Positions 10,164 through 19,721 of a stretch of DNA of 32,000 nt are shown one piece after another (positions within the stretch are counted from its first letter, which is position 1; every line of letters begins with the position of its first letter). Source of the DNA: Aliivibrio fischeri ES114 (GTDB taxonomy: Bacteria > Pseudomonadota > Gammaproteobacteria > Enterobacterales > Vibrionaceae); assembly GCF_000011805.1 (NCBI RefSeq), contig NC_006840.2; one strand, written 5' to 3'. The notes below the pieces were generated by a model. The model had not been told where the DNA came from, did not search any database, and was given only the letters and a program-made list of their open reading frames with translations. The position numbers were made by a program, and so were the translations under genes.

Positions 10164-11855
10164 ATGAAACATAACAAGACCTCAATCTTAACAAGAACCA
10201 TTGCTCAAGTGATGTTGTTGATTGTTATGATCTCCATAATTACAACGAGCTTAGCTTTAATCACTCTTTCCTCTAGCTTAAAAGATGCAGAAGCAGTCAA
10301 TATTGCTGGTTCATTACGTATGCAGAGCTATCGTTTAGCTTATGATATTGAAACAAACTCCCCAGAGCTCATTGAGCACTTAGATAAATTTTCACAATCA
10401 ATAGAATCGCCGTCATTTAAATCATTAGACCAATGGTTTGTACCTGATGACATTGAAGATTATTACGAAGATATCCGACTACAATGGCTTTCCTTACAGC
10501 CATCACTATTAAGCGACAACAAACAAATTTATTTAAATAAAGTTTCCCTTTTCGTTGATGAAATTGATCATTTTGTTTTTCGTTTACAAGAGTTTTCAGA
10601 AAGAAAACTTCAATTACTTTCTCTGATTGGTGCTCTTGGTTTATCACTGATTGTCTTCTCAAGTATTTTTATTATTTTTTTCACTCAAAGAAAAATCGTG
10701 AGCCCATTACATCACCTAGTTGCGGCAAGCCATGCCATGACAAAAGGAAACTATTCAGTTCAGGTGGATTTAAATAGTGATAATGAATTAGGTCAGCTAG
10801 GAAATGCATTTAATCACATGACAAGGCAGGTCGATTTAAGCTATCGAGAATTAGAAAGTCGAGTTGAAGATAAAACCAAGAAACTCAGCCAAGCCAATCG
10901 CTCATTAATGATCTTGTATCAATGCTCTCAACAACTCTCAGCGTCACAACTGGATGAACAAGCGTTTAAAAACATTCTTGATACCTTTACGAATATTGAA
11001 GGGATTATCAGCGCGCGTCTGATTGTTGAAGAGGAATCCGGAGGGGATTGGGAGATAACAAGCGGTGAGCCTGACGAGTCCCCATGGAGCCTTCAGGAGC
11101 TATGTATTGATGGCGAACAATTAGGATACTTATTATGGCAAGAATCATTGCCTTGCCCTGATCAGAAATTAATCATCAATATCTCAAATATTCTGGCGCG
11201 TGGTATTTTCTATAACCAAGCACAAAAACAAACACACCAACTCATTTTATTAGAAGAGCGCTCAACAATAGCTCGTGAGCTTCATGATTCTTTAGCTCAG
11301 TCGCTTTCCTATTTGAAAATTCAAACAACACTATTAAAACGACAATTAGAAAAGTGTGATTGTATAAATACAAGTACTACACTAGTAGAATTAGATGAAG
11401 GTCTTAAAAGTGCATATAGTCAATTACGAGGACTATTAAATACATTTAGATTAACCATTAATAAAGCTCACTTTGGTGAGGCCTTACAAGAAATCATGAC
11501 AACCTTAGCCTCACAAACTAAGATAAATATTCATTTAAATAACGAACTTCCTTCTTTGCCGATAAATGCTCAACAACATGTTCATTTACTACAATTGATA
11601 AGAGAAGCGACATTAAATGCCATCAAACACTCAAAAGCTGATAATATTATCATTACGTGTTTTCAAGAAGGTGAGCAAGGCTGTATTAACATTGAAGACG
11701 ATGGAGTAGGATTTGACCCTACAGAAGAAAAAATAAATCATTATGGGTTAAGGATCATGCAAGAACGTGCAAACTGCGTTCATGGTAAGCTATCCATAAC
11801 TTCAGAAATAGACAACGGTTGTACAGTGAACGTTATGTTTCCACTAAACCAATAA
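10164..11855 (+). CDS. narQ: Nitrate/nitrite sensor histidine kinase
   Basis: 563-aa ORF: two TM helices, HAMP region, HPK7-type H-box ERSTIARELHDSLAQSLSYLKIQ, HATPase motifs; followed by a NarL/NarP-type regulator and divergent from nap. Confidence 0.9.
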   Translation: MKHNKTSILTRTIAQVMLLIVMISIITTSLALITLSSSLKDAEAVNIAGSLRMQSYRLAYDIETNSPELIEHLDKFSQSIESPSFKSLDQWFVPDDIEDYYEDIRLQWLSLQPSLLSDNKQIYLNKVSLFVDEIDHFVFRLQEFSERKLQLLSLIGALGLSLIVFSSIFIIFFTQRKIVSPLHHLVAASHAMTKGNYSVQVDLNSDNELGQLGNAFNHMTRQVDLSYRELESRVEDKTKKLSQANRSLMILYQCSQQLSASQLDEQAFKNILDTFTNIEGIISARLIVEEESGGDWEITSGEPDESPWSLQELCIDGEQLGYLLWQESLPCPDQKLIINISNILARGIFYNQAQKQTHQLILLEERSTIARELHDSLAQSLSYLKIQTTLLKRQLEKCDCINTSTTLVELDEGLKSAYSQLRGLLNTFRLTINKAHFGEALQEIMTTLASQTKINIHLNNELPSLPINAQQHVHLLQLIREATLNAIKHSKADNIIITCFQEGEQGCINIEDDGVGFDPTEEKINHYGLRIMQERANCVHGKLSITSEIDNGCTVNVMFPLNQ

Positions 11856-11875
11856 AATAATAGAGGTAAAAAATT

Positions 11876-12487
11876 ATGTGGAATGTCGTTATCGTTGATG
11901 ATCATCCGTTAATGCGTCGTGGTATTGGTCAACTTCTTTCTTTTGATGAAGAATTCACACTGACTGGCGAAGCAAGTAATGGTACTGATGCCGTTGCTCT
12001 GATTTCACAAGATGAACCAGACCTTGTTCTTCTTGATCTAAATATGAAAGGCATGTCAGGTTTAGATACGTTGCATGCGCTAAGAAATGAAGGGGTAACT
12101 TGCCCTATTGTCATTTTAACCGTGTCAGATAATAAGCAAGACATCAAAACATTAATTAAAGCTGGGGCAGATGGTTATCTACTAAAAGATAGTGAACCTG
12201 ATGAACTAATCGCATTATTAAAAGAAGCGATGAAAGGCGGCAAAGCCTACTCTGAACAAGTTAAAACGTGTTTAGAAGAAGACGCTCAAGGCGACGACAA
12301 ATTATCTCAACTAACCGCTCGTGAATTAGAAATTTTGCAACATGTAGCAAAAGGAATGAGAAACAAGCAAGTTGCGGATAAACTTTTTATCTCTGAAGCG
12401 ACTGTAAAAGTCCACATGAAGAGTTTGCTGAAAAAATTAAATGTAAAATCCCGTGTTGCAGCAACGCTACTGTATTTAGATTCGTGA
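11876..12487 (+). CDS. narP: NarL/FixJ-family response regulator
   Basis: 203-aa ORF with receiver domain (VDDHPLMRRGI, DLVLLDLNMKGMSG) and LuxR-type HTH (LTARELEILQHVAKGMRNKQVADKLFISEATVKVHMKSLLKKLNVKSR). Confidence 0.92.
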   Translation: MWNVVIVDDHPLMRRGIGQLLSFDEEFTLTGEASNGTDAVALISQDEPDLVLLDLNMKGMSGLDTLHALRNEGVTCPIVILTVSDNKQDIKTLIKAGADGYLLKDSEPDELIALLKEAMKGGKAYSEQVKTCLEEDAQGDDKLSQLTARELEILQHVAKGMRNKQVADKLFISEATVKVHMKSLLKKLNVKSRVAATLLYLDS

Positions 12488-12488
12488 T

Positions 12489-12818
12489 ATGAAAAAAACG
12501 TTTTATTCACTCTTATTTCTATTGGTACTAAATGGTTGTGCATTAACAACAGAGCCAATGACTCCTGAATCAAGTGCTATCAACTTATATTATAATGATA
12601 GTGCTGTACAGGGGTGCCAAGAGGTTGGCACTGTGACAGGAAGCGAGGGCCATTGGTATACCTTTTTCTTTATTACGAATAAGGAGCTAACCATTGGCGC
12701 AATTAACGACATTAAAAATGAAGCTCAAGCTTTAGGGGCAAACAGCATAGTAGTTCACACACCGACACCCTTTAATACATCAGTAACTATGTTTGGCTCT
12801 GCTTATATTTGCCCTTAA
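12489..12818 (+). CDS. Putative lipoprotein, DUF4156-like
   Basis: 109-aa ORF with lipobox-like LVLNGC; starts 1 nt after the narP stop codon. Confidence 0.75.
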   Translation: MKKTFYSLLFLLVLNGCALTTEPMTPESSAINLYYNDSAVQGCQEVGTVTGSEGHWYTFFFITNKELTIGAINDIKNEAQALGANSIVVHTPTPFNTSVTMFGSAYICP

Positions 12819-12878
12819 TAACTCTTAACCTTAAAAGCTCTTAACTCGGGTTAATTAATCACTTCATTTTATAAACAA

Positions 12879-12906
12879 AAAACGCCAACTTTTAAGTTGG
12901 CGTTTT
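12879..12906. terminator. Intrinsic terminator after narP/lipoprotein and the convergent HTH gene
   Basis: AAAACGCCAAC-TTTTAA-GTTGGCGTTTT. Confidence 0.85.
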
Positions 12907-12938
12907 ATTTTATCTGCACATTAAAGAAGCACATATTC

Positions 12939-13220
12939 TTAATGATGCAATGTTGATGCAATTTCATCTTCTCGAGAACATACCCACTCAGGATCATAAG
13001 GCCCCCAATCTGAAAGACGGTAATAACCATCGTTATGACGACGACCATCTTGAATAAACATCAATTCAATCCCAATACCAGGTAAAGCCTTCAATACATC
13101 TTGAATAGTACGACGAGGCCAACCAGTTAACTCTACAAGCTTAGGAACATTCGGCCTTTCTATATTATGTACCAACAACGCCAAATATAAGCGTCTGGCA
13201 AACACTGGATTCAACTCCAT
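12939..13220 (-). CDS. Small winged helix-turn-helix protein
   Basis: 93-aa ORF with HTH-like segment NVPKLVELTGWPRRTIQDVLKAL. Confidence 0.65.
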   Translation of the reverse strand: MELNPVFARRLYLALLVHNIERPNVPKLVELTGWPRRTIQDVLKALPGIGIELMFIQDGRRHNDGYYRLSDWGPYDPEWVCSREDEIASTLHH

Positions 13221-13386
13221 TGATACCTCCTGAATTAATAAGAGTAATTATTAATCATTCAATAAAAATGATGTTGAGATTGATCAACTAATTACGAAAA
13301 TAATCTCATATTTATGTAAACGGGTCATAAAATCGTATTTTTTGTAATTAATTTTCACAATAAGATCAGCGACATTCTCTAAAGTA

Positions 13387-13671
13387 TTATCCAATATTAA
13401 CCGTACCACCACCTTTTAGTGTGCCACCACACCCAATAGCATCGCCATCTCTTGCTGCTGGCTTTCCATCAATAAATACGGAACTTGAACCTGCAGAAAT
13501 GGATCTTGGATGAGGTGGATGTTTCGGTTTAGAGTGAGGCGCAAGAGGATCGCCTTGTCTTGCCGCTGGAACTCCATCCACTTTTACTGTCCCAGAACCT
13601 GCTAAAACTGGAGTTGGATGAAAACCGTCATGATCACTACCAATATCCCCCACTTTCACTGCATTTCCCAT
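13387..13671 (-). CDS. PAAR-domain protein
   Basis: MGNAVKVGDIGSDHDGFHPTPVLAGSGTVKVDGVPAARQGDPLAPH...SVFIDGKPAARDGDAIGCGG; PAAR repeats. Start set to 13671 because AAGGAG lies 5 nt upstream; the ORF track extends to 13686. Confidence 0.85.
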   Translation of the reverse strand: MGNAVKVGDIGSDHDGFHPTPVLAGSGTVKVDGVPAARQGDPLAPHSKPKHPPHPRSISAGSSSVFIDGKPAARDGDAIGCGGTLKGGGTVNIG

Positions 13672-13868
13672 ATAGTCTCCTTTCAATATTGGGATGAATC
13701 AGAAGTGTATGTGTTATTTCGTTTCTTTAAAATTTACCCGAAAAGAATGGCGAGTCACTTCAAATAATAATCAACAGATTACTAAATAACCGTCAAGACT
13801 GGCGTATTTGTTCAATAATCGTTATAACTAGACAATAATTAATAACATAACTAAAAATGAAGAAAGTC

Positions 13869-14216
13869 ATGACTACAATCTACGGAATTAAAAACTGCGA
13901 CACCATCAAGAAATGCAAAAAATGGCTTGAAGCAAATAACCTTACCTTTACTTATCACGATTATCGTACTGATGGTATTGATAAAGAGATGGTAACTACA
14001 TTCGTAAAACAACTTGGTTGGGAAAATGTATTAAATAAACGTGGTACCACGTATCGCCAACTAACAGATGAACAAAAAGCATCTCTAAATGAAGAAACAG
14101 CAATCGAATTATTGCTAGAAATGCCAGCTATGATTAAACGCCCTGTACTTATTCATAATAATGAATATCACTTAGGCTTTAAGCCAGCTCAATATGAGAC
14201 CTTGTTTGATATCTAA
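13869..14216 (+). CDS. ArsC/Spx-family thioredoxin-fold reductase (YffB-like)
   Basis: MTTIYGIKNCDTIKKCKKWLEANNLTFTYHDYRTDG..., typical YffB/Spx-like protein; the ORF track start at 13857 is an alternative. Confidence 0.85.
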   Translation: MTTIYGIKNCDTIKKCKKWLEANNLTFTYHDYRTDGIDKEMVTTFVKQLGWENVLNKRGTTYRQLTDEQKASLNEETAIELLLEMPAMIKRPVLIHNNEYHLGFKPAQYETLFDI

Positions 14217-14249
14217 TGCCATTAATAAAAAGAAGTAAAGGAATACAGA

Positions 14250-15383
14250 ATGTCTGATACACCAACATTAGCTCTTGCTAAAGATTTACTAAGCCGCCAA
14301 TCCATCACACCTGAAGATGCAGGTTGCCAAGAGCTAATGATTAAACAACTAGAAGCACTTGGTTTTACCATTGAAATTATGGTGTTTGAAGATACAACCA
14401 ACTTTTGGGCTCGTCGAGGCAATAAAGCACCATTATTTACTTTTGCAGGACATACGGATGTTGTTCCTACAGGTGATTTAACGCATTGGAATACCAATCC
14501 ATTTGAGCCAACAATCATTGATGGAATGCTCTACGCTCGTGGAGCAGCTGATATGAAGGGCTCTTTAGCTTGTATGGTGGTTGCCGTTGAGCGTTTCGTC
14601 GCAGAGCACCCTAATCACAAAGGTTCAATTTCATTTTTAATCACATCCGATGAAGAAGGTCCATTTATTAATGGCACGACTCGTGTAGTGGATACCCTGC
14701 AAGAACGTAACGAAATCATTGATATGTGTATCGTAGGCGAACCATCAAGTACCGCTCATGTTGGTGATGTGGTTAAAAATGGACGTAGAGGCTCATTAAC
14801 AGGTAATTTAACCGTTAAAGGGATTCAAGGGCATGTTGCGTATCCGCATATAGCTCGCAATCCAATTCACCAAGCGATGCCCGCTCTGTCAGAGCTAGCA
14901 ACGACCGTTTGGGACAATGGCAATGATTATTTTCCACCAACAAGCTTTCAAATCCCAAATATGAATGGTGGCACAGGCGCTTCTAACGTTATTCCTGGCA
15001 CAGTTGATATCATGTTTAACTTTAGATTCAGTACAGAATCAACAGTAGATGAGCTACAACAACGTGTCGTCGAAATTTTAGATAAGCATGATTTAGAATA
15101 CGAACTAGATTGGATTATCAATGGCCTCCCTTTCCTAACTGATACTGGGGATTTATTAACAGCCGTTGTTAATGCTGTCGATACGGTTAATCAACAAAAA
15201 CCACAATTATTAACGACAGGTGGTACGTCAGATGGGCGTTTTATTGCTCAAATGGGTTCCCAAGTTATAGAGCTTGGCCCTGTGAATGCGACCATCCATA
15301 AAGTAAATGAGTGCGTAAATGTAGAAGATTTAGAAAAGCTAACTGATATGTATCAAGAAGTCCTAAATAATCTACTAGCATAA
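14250..15383 (+). CDS. dapE: Succinyl-diaminopimelate desuccinylase
   Basis: 377-aa M20 peptidase family: [42 protein letters not shown] motifs. Confidence 0.96.
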   Translation: MSDTPTLALAKDLLSRQSITPEDAGCQELMIKQLEALGFTIEIMVFEDTTNFWARRGNKAPLFTFAGHTDVVPTGDLTHWNTNPFEPTIIDGMLYARGAADMKGSLACMVVAVERFVAEHPNHKGSISFLITSDEEGPFINGTTRVVDTLQERNEIIDMCIVGEPSSTAHVGDVVKNGRRGSLTGNLTVKGIQGHVAYPHIARNPIHQAMPALSELATTVWDNGNDYFPPTSFQIPNMNGGTGASNVIPGTVDIMFNFRFSTESTVDELQQRVVEILDKHDLEYELDWIINGLPFLTDTGDLLTAVVNAVDTVNQQKPQLLTTGGTSDGRFIAQMGSQVIELGPVNATIHKVNECVNVEDLEKLTDMYQEVLNNLLA

Positions 15384-15441
15384 GGATAAATTAGGGTTAT
15401 GATGAGAGAGCTTTTGTTCTCTCATCTCTAATTGGTGCCCT

Positions 15442-16110
15442 ATGACATATCAAGAACTTACTGGTCAATCATTTCAACACTTGTCAAAGTTATCACCACA
15501 TCGTCAGCTTCACCACGATTGTATTCTTCCATTTAAAGCCTTATCAGATGCCGCGCATCAAGCAGGGTTCACTCTGACTATTGCAAGCAGCTTCCGTGAC
15601 TTTGAACGTCAACTTCTCATTTGGAATAATAAGTTTTTAGGCATTCGCCCTATTTTAGATGATAACGGGCATGAGCTTGACCCTAGCTCTCTCAATGATC
15701 TCGAAAAAATTCACGCCATTATGCGATGGTCTGCCCTTCCAGGTGCGAGCCGACACCACTGGGGAACAGAACTTGATGTTTATGCATCAAATACCTTACC
15801 CGAAGATGTACAATTACAACTTGAACCATGGGAATACAACACAGGGCATCAAGCAGAATTCAGTTCATGGTTAAATAAAAACGCCCCTAAATTTGGTTTT
15901 TTCTTTCCATATAAAACCGATAAAAAAGGGGTTGCCATTGAACCTTGGCACATTAGCTATAAACAAAATAGCAATGCATATATGTCACAATTAACGCCTG
16001 AAATGTTACTCAAAGCATGGGAGGGTGTTGATCTGGCAGGAAAAGAGACCATCATTAAACACATAGATACATTATTTGTTCGCTATATAACAAACATAGA
16101 CAAGGAGTAA
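15442..16110 (+). CDS. M15-family (VanY-like) D-alanyl-D-alanine carboxypeptidase
   Basis: 222-aa ORF with ASSFRDFERQ and SRHHWGTELDV (SxHxxGxAxD-like) plus EPWHISY zinc-ligand motif. Confidence 0.85.
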   Translation: MTYQELTGQSFQHLSKLSPHRQLHHDCILPFKALSDAAHQAGFTLTIASSFRDFERQLLIWNNKFLGIRPILDDNGHELDPSSLNDLEKIHAIMRWSALPGASRHHWGTELDVYASNTLPEDVQLQLEPWEYNTGHQAEFSSWLNKNAPKFGFFFPYKTDKKGVAIEPWHISYKQNSNAYMSQLTPEMLLKAWEGVDLAGKETIIKHIDTLFVRYITNIDKE

Positions 16111-16112
16111 AT

Positions 16113-16322
16113 ATGGAATGGTTAATGAACCCTTGGGTAATCATTGTTATTGTTTTAAGTGTTGTTATTGGTAACCTTGCGGCATTAAAAGCAACGGCTA
16201 ATATGAAATTTGGTCAATCAAAAAAAATGAAAAACCTTCAAGAACAAGATGATATTGACGCTGAAAAACAAAACACGGTAGATAAAAAAGAAAATTCAGA
16301 ACAAAAAAAAGACGCTCAATAA
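16113..16322 (+). CDS. Small membrane protein, DUF2897-like
   Basis: 69-aa ORF: N-terminal helix WVIIVIVLSVVIGNLAALKA then charged tail; RBS AAGGAG upstream. Confidence 0.7.
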   Translation: MEWLMNPWVIIVIVLSVVIGNLAALKATANMKFGQSKKMKNLQEQDDIDAEKQNTVDKKENSEQKKDAQ

Positions 16323-16328
16323 CGAGCG
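16313..16328 (-). terminator. Intrinsic terminator for bamC, overlapping the 3' end of the DUF2897-like ORF
   Basis: On the minus strand GGCGCTCGTTATTGAGCGTCTTTTTTTT: stem CGCTC/GAGCG plus flanking pairs and a long T-tract. Confidence 0.75.
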
Positions 16329-16350
16329 CCTTTCTTCATTTTATTTTAGC

Positions 16351-17403
16351 TTATTCTTCATCTTGCTCAGTCTTTGGGGCGTTGTTTGATTTTTCAATCA
16401 TCGCCGCTAACACAGGAACTAATGAATCTAACGTATCTTCGTCAACAGGCTTACCACCAGCATCTGTTACGTTAATTGATGTTCTGTTGCCTAAGTCGCC
16501 AAGTAATAAGTTATAGGTACGGCCATCAAAAGACAGTGGTTTAGTACCGATCTCTTCCCAGAATTCATCATCGGGTTCTTTGTACTTAACTTCGATTGTA
16601 CCTTGAGAGCGATTTCTATCTTCTATTGCAAGCCCCATCATAGGCAATAACTCACCTAAGCGTTCCCAGAAAATATTGTATGGCGCACGAGCAATGATAA
16701 CTGGTAATCCACTTCGATCTTGTCCCATAGAAATAGGAATACGCTTAACTAACTCTTCCGCACGGATACGAGCTTCTTCACGTAACTGCTCATCATAAGC
16801 TGACGTCACTAAATTCGTCATCAAAATGTTATAACGCGCTTTGTTTGCAGGCGTCACTTCGGCTTGATTGCCATCTACTTGCCAATCAATTAATAAGATT
16901 TGAAAGCCTACACGATTGTTCTGATTTAGCTTGCTAATTTTATAACGAGCACCGAACTCATGATCTTCATCTTCAGAGCTCCATTTTAACCAGTCAGTTT
17001 CAATCTCTGAGGGCTCTTCTTTAACAATACCGATATCTTTCTTTTTCATTAAAGTTAATACCGTTTGCCAAAGCTTATCAACATCTTCTTGCTTAACAAG
17101 CCAAACCGTTACTTCTCCATTCTGCTCTTCAATACGAGCACCAGGAATAAGCTCAAGTACTTGTTGAGGTGGACGAATATCTACTTCTTTACCGATACCA
17201 CCTGTAAACTCCCCCTTAGGAATATCGTATTGTGGGTAGAACTCAGGTTTAGCATCCGCTGGCTCTTGCCACTCAACCAAAGGAGGAGTTTCTAAATACT
17301 TAAAATCTTGTTTAGCTTGGCGACGCTCTGTTGGACTACTTGAACATGCTGATAAAACAGCAATCATTAATGATCCAACAACAAAGCGAGTCTTCACTTT
17401 CAT
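16351..17403 (-). CDS. bamC: Outer membrane protein assembly factor BamC (NlpB)
   Basis: 350-aa ORF, lipobox VLSAC, located directly downstream of dapA as in other gammaproteobacteria. Confidence 0.93.
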   Translation of the reverse strand: MKVKTRFVVGSLMIAVLSACSSSPTERRQAKQDFKYLETPPLVEWQEPADAKPEFYPQYDIPKGEFTGGIGKEVDIRPPQQVLELIPGARIEEQNGEVTVWLVKQEDVDKLWQTVLTLMKKKDIGIVKEEPSEIETDWLKWSSEDEDHEFGARYKISKLNQNNRVGFQILLIDWQVDGNQAEVTPANKARYNILMTNLVTSAYDEQLREEARIRAEELVKRIPISMGQDRSGLPVIIARAPYNIFWERLGELLPMMGLAIEDRNRSQGTIEVKYKEPDDEFWEEIGTKPLSFDGRTYNLLLGDLGNRTSINVTDAGGKPVDEDTLDSLVPVLAAMIEKSNNAPKTEQDEE

Positions 17404-17414
17404 TTTCTATCCTA

Positions 17415-18296
17415 CTACTTCAACAAACCCGCACTTTTCAGCGCTTGCTCTACCGTTGGCTGTGCTGACAGACTTAATTCCGTTAATGGTAAACGAATAT
17501 CCGAATGAGTAATCATACCTAAACGATGTGCCGCCCATTTAACCGGAATTGGGTTAGCTTCAACAAATAAATCATTATGTAACGGCATTAAACGTTGGTT
17601 AATGATTTCAGCTTCTTCAAACTTACCTTGAGCAGCTAAAGCAAACATGGTCGCCATGTCTTTTGCTGCAATGTTTGACGTTACAGAGATAACACCATGG
17701 CCACCCAATTTAACAAAATCAAGCGCAGTAGCATCATCACCACTTAGTTGGATAAAGTTTTCACCACAAAGTTCACGAGTAATCGCCACGCGGTCTAAAT
17801 CACCTGTCGCATCTTTTAATGCAACAATGTTATCAAGCTCAGCAAGACGCGCGACCGTTTCAGGAAGAAGGTCTACTGCTGTACGTCCTGGTACATTATA
17901 AAGAATTTGAGGAATATCTGTTGCTTCAGAGATCGCTTTATAGTGCTGGAACAAACCTTCTTGAGTCGGTTTATTGTAATAAGGCGTAACACTTAAACAA
18001 CCAGCAACACCAGAATCATGGAAAAGCTTACTAAATGTCACCGCTTCATGAGTTGCATTTGCACCCGTTCCTGCAATTACAGGAATTCGGCCATCAGCGA
18101 ACTCAAGGGTCTTCATAACTAATTTGACATGCTCTTCTACACTTAATGTCGCTGATTCTCCTGTTGTACCAACAGCCACAATACCATTTGTGCCCGCTTT
18201 AATGTGGTAATCAACAAGGCTTTTTAAACTGTTGTAATCTACTTCACCATCAGTATCCAATGGTGTAACTAAAGCGACAATGCTACCTGAGAACAT
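17415..18296 (-). CDS. dapA: 4-hydroxy-tetrahydrodipicolinate synthase
   Basis: 293-aa ORF: [34 protein letters not shown] motifs. Confidence 0.97.
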   Translation of the reverse strand: MFSGSIVALVTPLDTDGEVDYNSLKSLVDYHIKAGTNGIVAVGTTGESATLSVEEHVKLVMKTLEFADGRIPVIAGTGANATHEAVTFSKLFHDSGVAGCLSVTPYYNKPTQEGLFQHYKAISEATDIPQILYNVPGRTAVDLLPETVARLAELDNIVALKDATGDLDRVAITRELCGENFIQLSGDDATALDFVKLGGHGVISVTSNIAAKDMATMFALAAQGKFEEAEIINQRLMPLHNDLFVEANPIPVKWAAHRLGMITHSDIRLPLTELSLSAQPTVEQALKSAGLLK

Positions 18297-18567
18297 ATCC
18301 TTCTCCCTTTCTATCTGCTGCTACAATATTGGTTCTGTTACTCAATTAACTTCATCGTAAAGAATCACCATCCTTGACCATGATGTGTTATCTGGTTTTC
18401 ATCTTCTTACACAATGAGCAGAACCATTCAATCAATATAACTCAAGGATATTACATTAGAGCCTATGTTGTAGAGTCTTTTTTTTGACGATTGTTCACTA
18501 TTGCTTGCTTATCACACAATCACTTGCGTGTTAGTATGTAGATATCTTTTTCAACAACGAGTTTTTT

Positions 18568-19095
18568 ATGTCTCAATACCTTGTAATTACTGCGGTCGGC
18601 ACAGACAGACCGGGTATATCGAATAAGGTGACTCGCCTTGTCACTGAGTCAAGCTGCAATATAGTAGATAGCCGTATCGCCTCATTTGGTAATGAGTTCA
18701 CATTAATCATGTTGTTGTCAGGTACAGCAAACGCTATCTCTCGAATTGAAAATACATTACCACTATTAGGTCAACAGCATGATCTAATTACCATGATGAA
18801 ACGTACTTCACCTCATCAAGAAAAAGACATTTTCTATACCATTGACGCATTTATTGAATCAGAAGACCGTCCAGGATTGACTGAAAAATTTACCGATTTT
18901 CTTGCTAATCGAGATATCGATTTGAAAACACTCAGTGCTCAAACATTAAAAAAATCAGAAAATCAAAATACATTTCAGATCCAAATTACGGCCGAAATAT
19001 TTAAAGAGTGCCATATCATTGAGATTCAAGAAGAGTTTGAATCCTTATGCGCTTCATTAAATGTCAGTGGTAAAATCAATTTCTATAAAAATTAA
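18568..19095 (+). CDS. gcvR: Glycine cleavage system transcriptional repressor, tandem ACT domains
   Basis: 175-aa ORF with two ACT domains (AVGTDRPGISNKVTRLV; ESEDRPGLTEKFTDFLA), upstream of bcp and divergent from dapA. Confidence 0.88.
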   Translation: MSQYLVITAVGTDRPGISNKVTRLVTESSCNIVDSRIASFGNEFTLIMLLSGTANAISRIENTLPLLGQQHDLITMMKRTSPHQEKDIFYTIDAFIESEDRPGLTEKFTDFLANRDIDLKTLSAQTLKKSENQNTFQIQITAEIFKECHIIEIQEEFESLCASLNVSGKINFYKN

Positions 19096-19110
19096 AGGCA
19101 AATAGACCTA

Positions 19111-19172
19111 ATACCATTCAGGATAAATAGTTGAACAAGCAAGAATGAGCAACTAACTATGTGGATTGGTAT
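19111..19172. repeat. Imperfect intergenic palindrome (possible interspersed repeat element)
   Basis: Left arm ATACCATTCAGGATAAATAGTTG (19111-19133), right arm CAACTAACTATGTGGATTGGTAT (19150-19172); 17 of 23 positions pair. Confidence 0.7.
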
Positions 19173-19193
19173 AAACCCATAAAAGGAAAGAGA

Positions 19194-19664
19194 ATGATCA
19201 CACCATTAGCAGCAGGCTCAACTGCACCCAATGTATCGCTTTTAGATCAAAATGGAGAAAGCGTCTCGATTTCTGATTTTAAAGGTAAGAAAGTACTGTT
19301 TTACTTTTACCCTAAAGCGATGACGCCAGGATGTACCGTTCAAGCTCAAGGTCTTCGTGATATTAAATCAGAACTTGAAGCCCATAACGTAGTTACACTC
19401 GGTGTCAGTATTGACGCTGTAAAACGCCTTGGTAAATTTATCGAGCGTGATAATTTAAATTTCACTCTACTATCAGATGAAGATCATGCCGCAGCAGATG
19501 CATTTGGTGTTTGGGGTGAGAAAAAATTCATGGGTAAAGTGTACGATGGTTTACATCGCATCAGTTTTCTAATTAATGAAGAAGGTGTTATTGAGCACGT
19601 TTTCACTAAATTTAAGACCAAAGATCACCATGAAGTAGTATTAGATTATTTGAATAATAAATAA
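19194..19664 (+). CDS. bcp: Thioredoxin-dependent thiol peroxidase (bacterioferritin comigratory protein)
   Basis: MITPLAAGSTAPNVSLLDQNGE... YFYPKAMTPGCTVQAQGLRD. Start placed at 19194 (upstream AAAGGAAAGAGA); the ORF track start at 19161 lies inside the palindrome. Confidence 0.93.
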   Translation: MITPLAAGSTAPNVSLLDQNGESVSISDFKGKKVLFYFYPKAMTPGCTVQAQGLRDIKSELEAHNVVTLGVSIDAVKRLGKFIERDNLNFTLLSDEDHAAADAFGVWGEKKFMGKVYDGLHRISFLINEEGVIEHVFTKFKTKDHHEVVLDYLNNK

Positions 19665-19682
19665 TTTAAACTTATAAAAATT

Positions 19683-19709
19683 AAAGGCGATATCACGAGT
19701 ATCGCCTTT
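19683..19709. terminator. Intrinsic terminator between bcp and the perM-like gene
   Basis: AAAGGCGATA-tcacgag-TATCGCCTTT followed by TTTT. Confidence 0.85.
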
Positions 19710-19721
19710 TTTATTGCCGTA

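Noticed and set aside
19161-19193. N-terminal extension of Bcp in the ORF track
   Set aside because: Starts inside an intergenic palindrome; the ATG at 19194 has a purine-rich ribosome-binding site and matches normal Bcp length.
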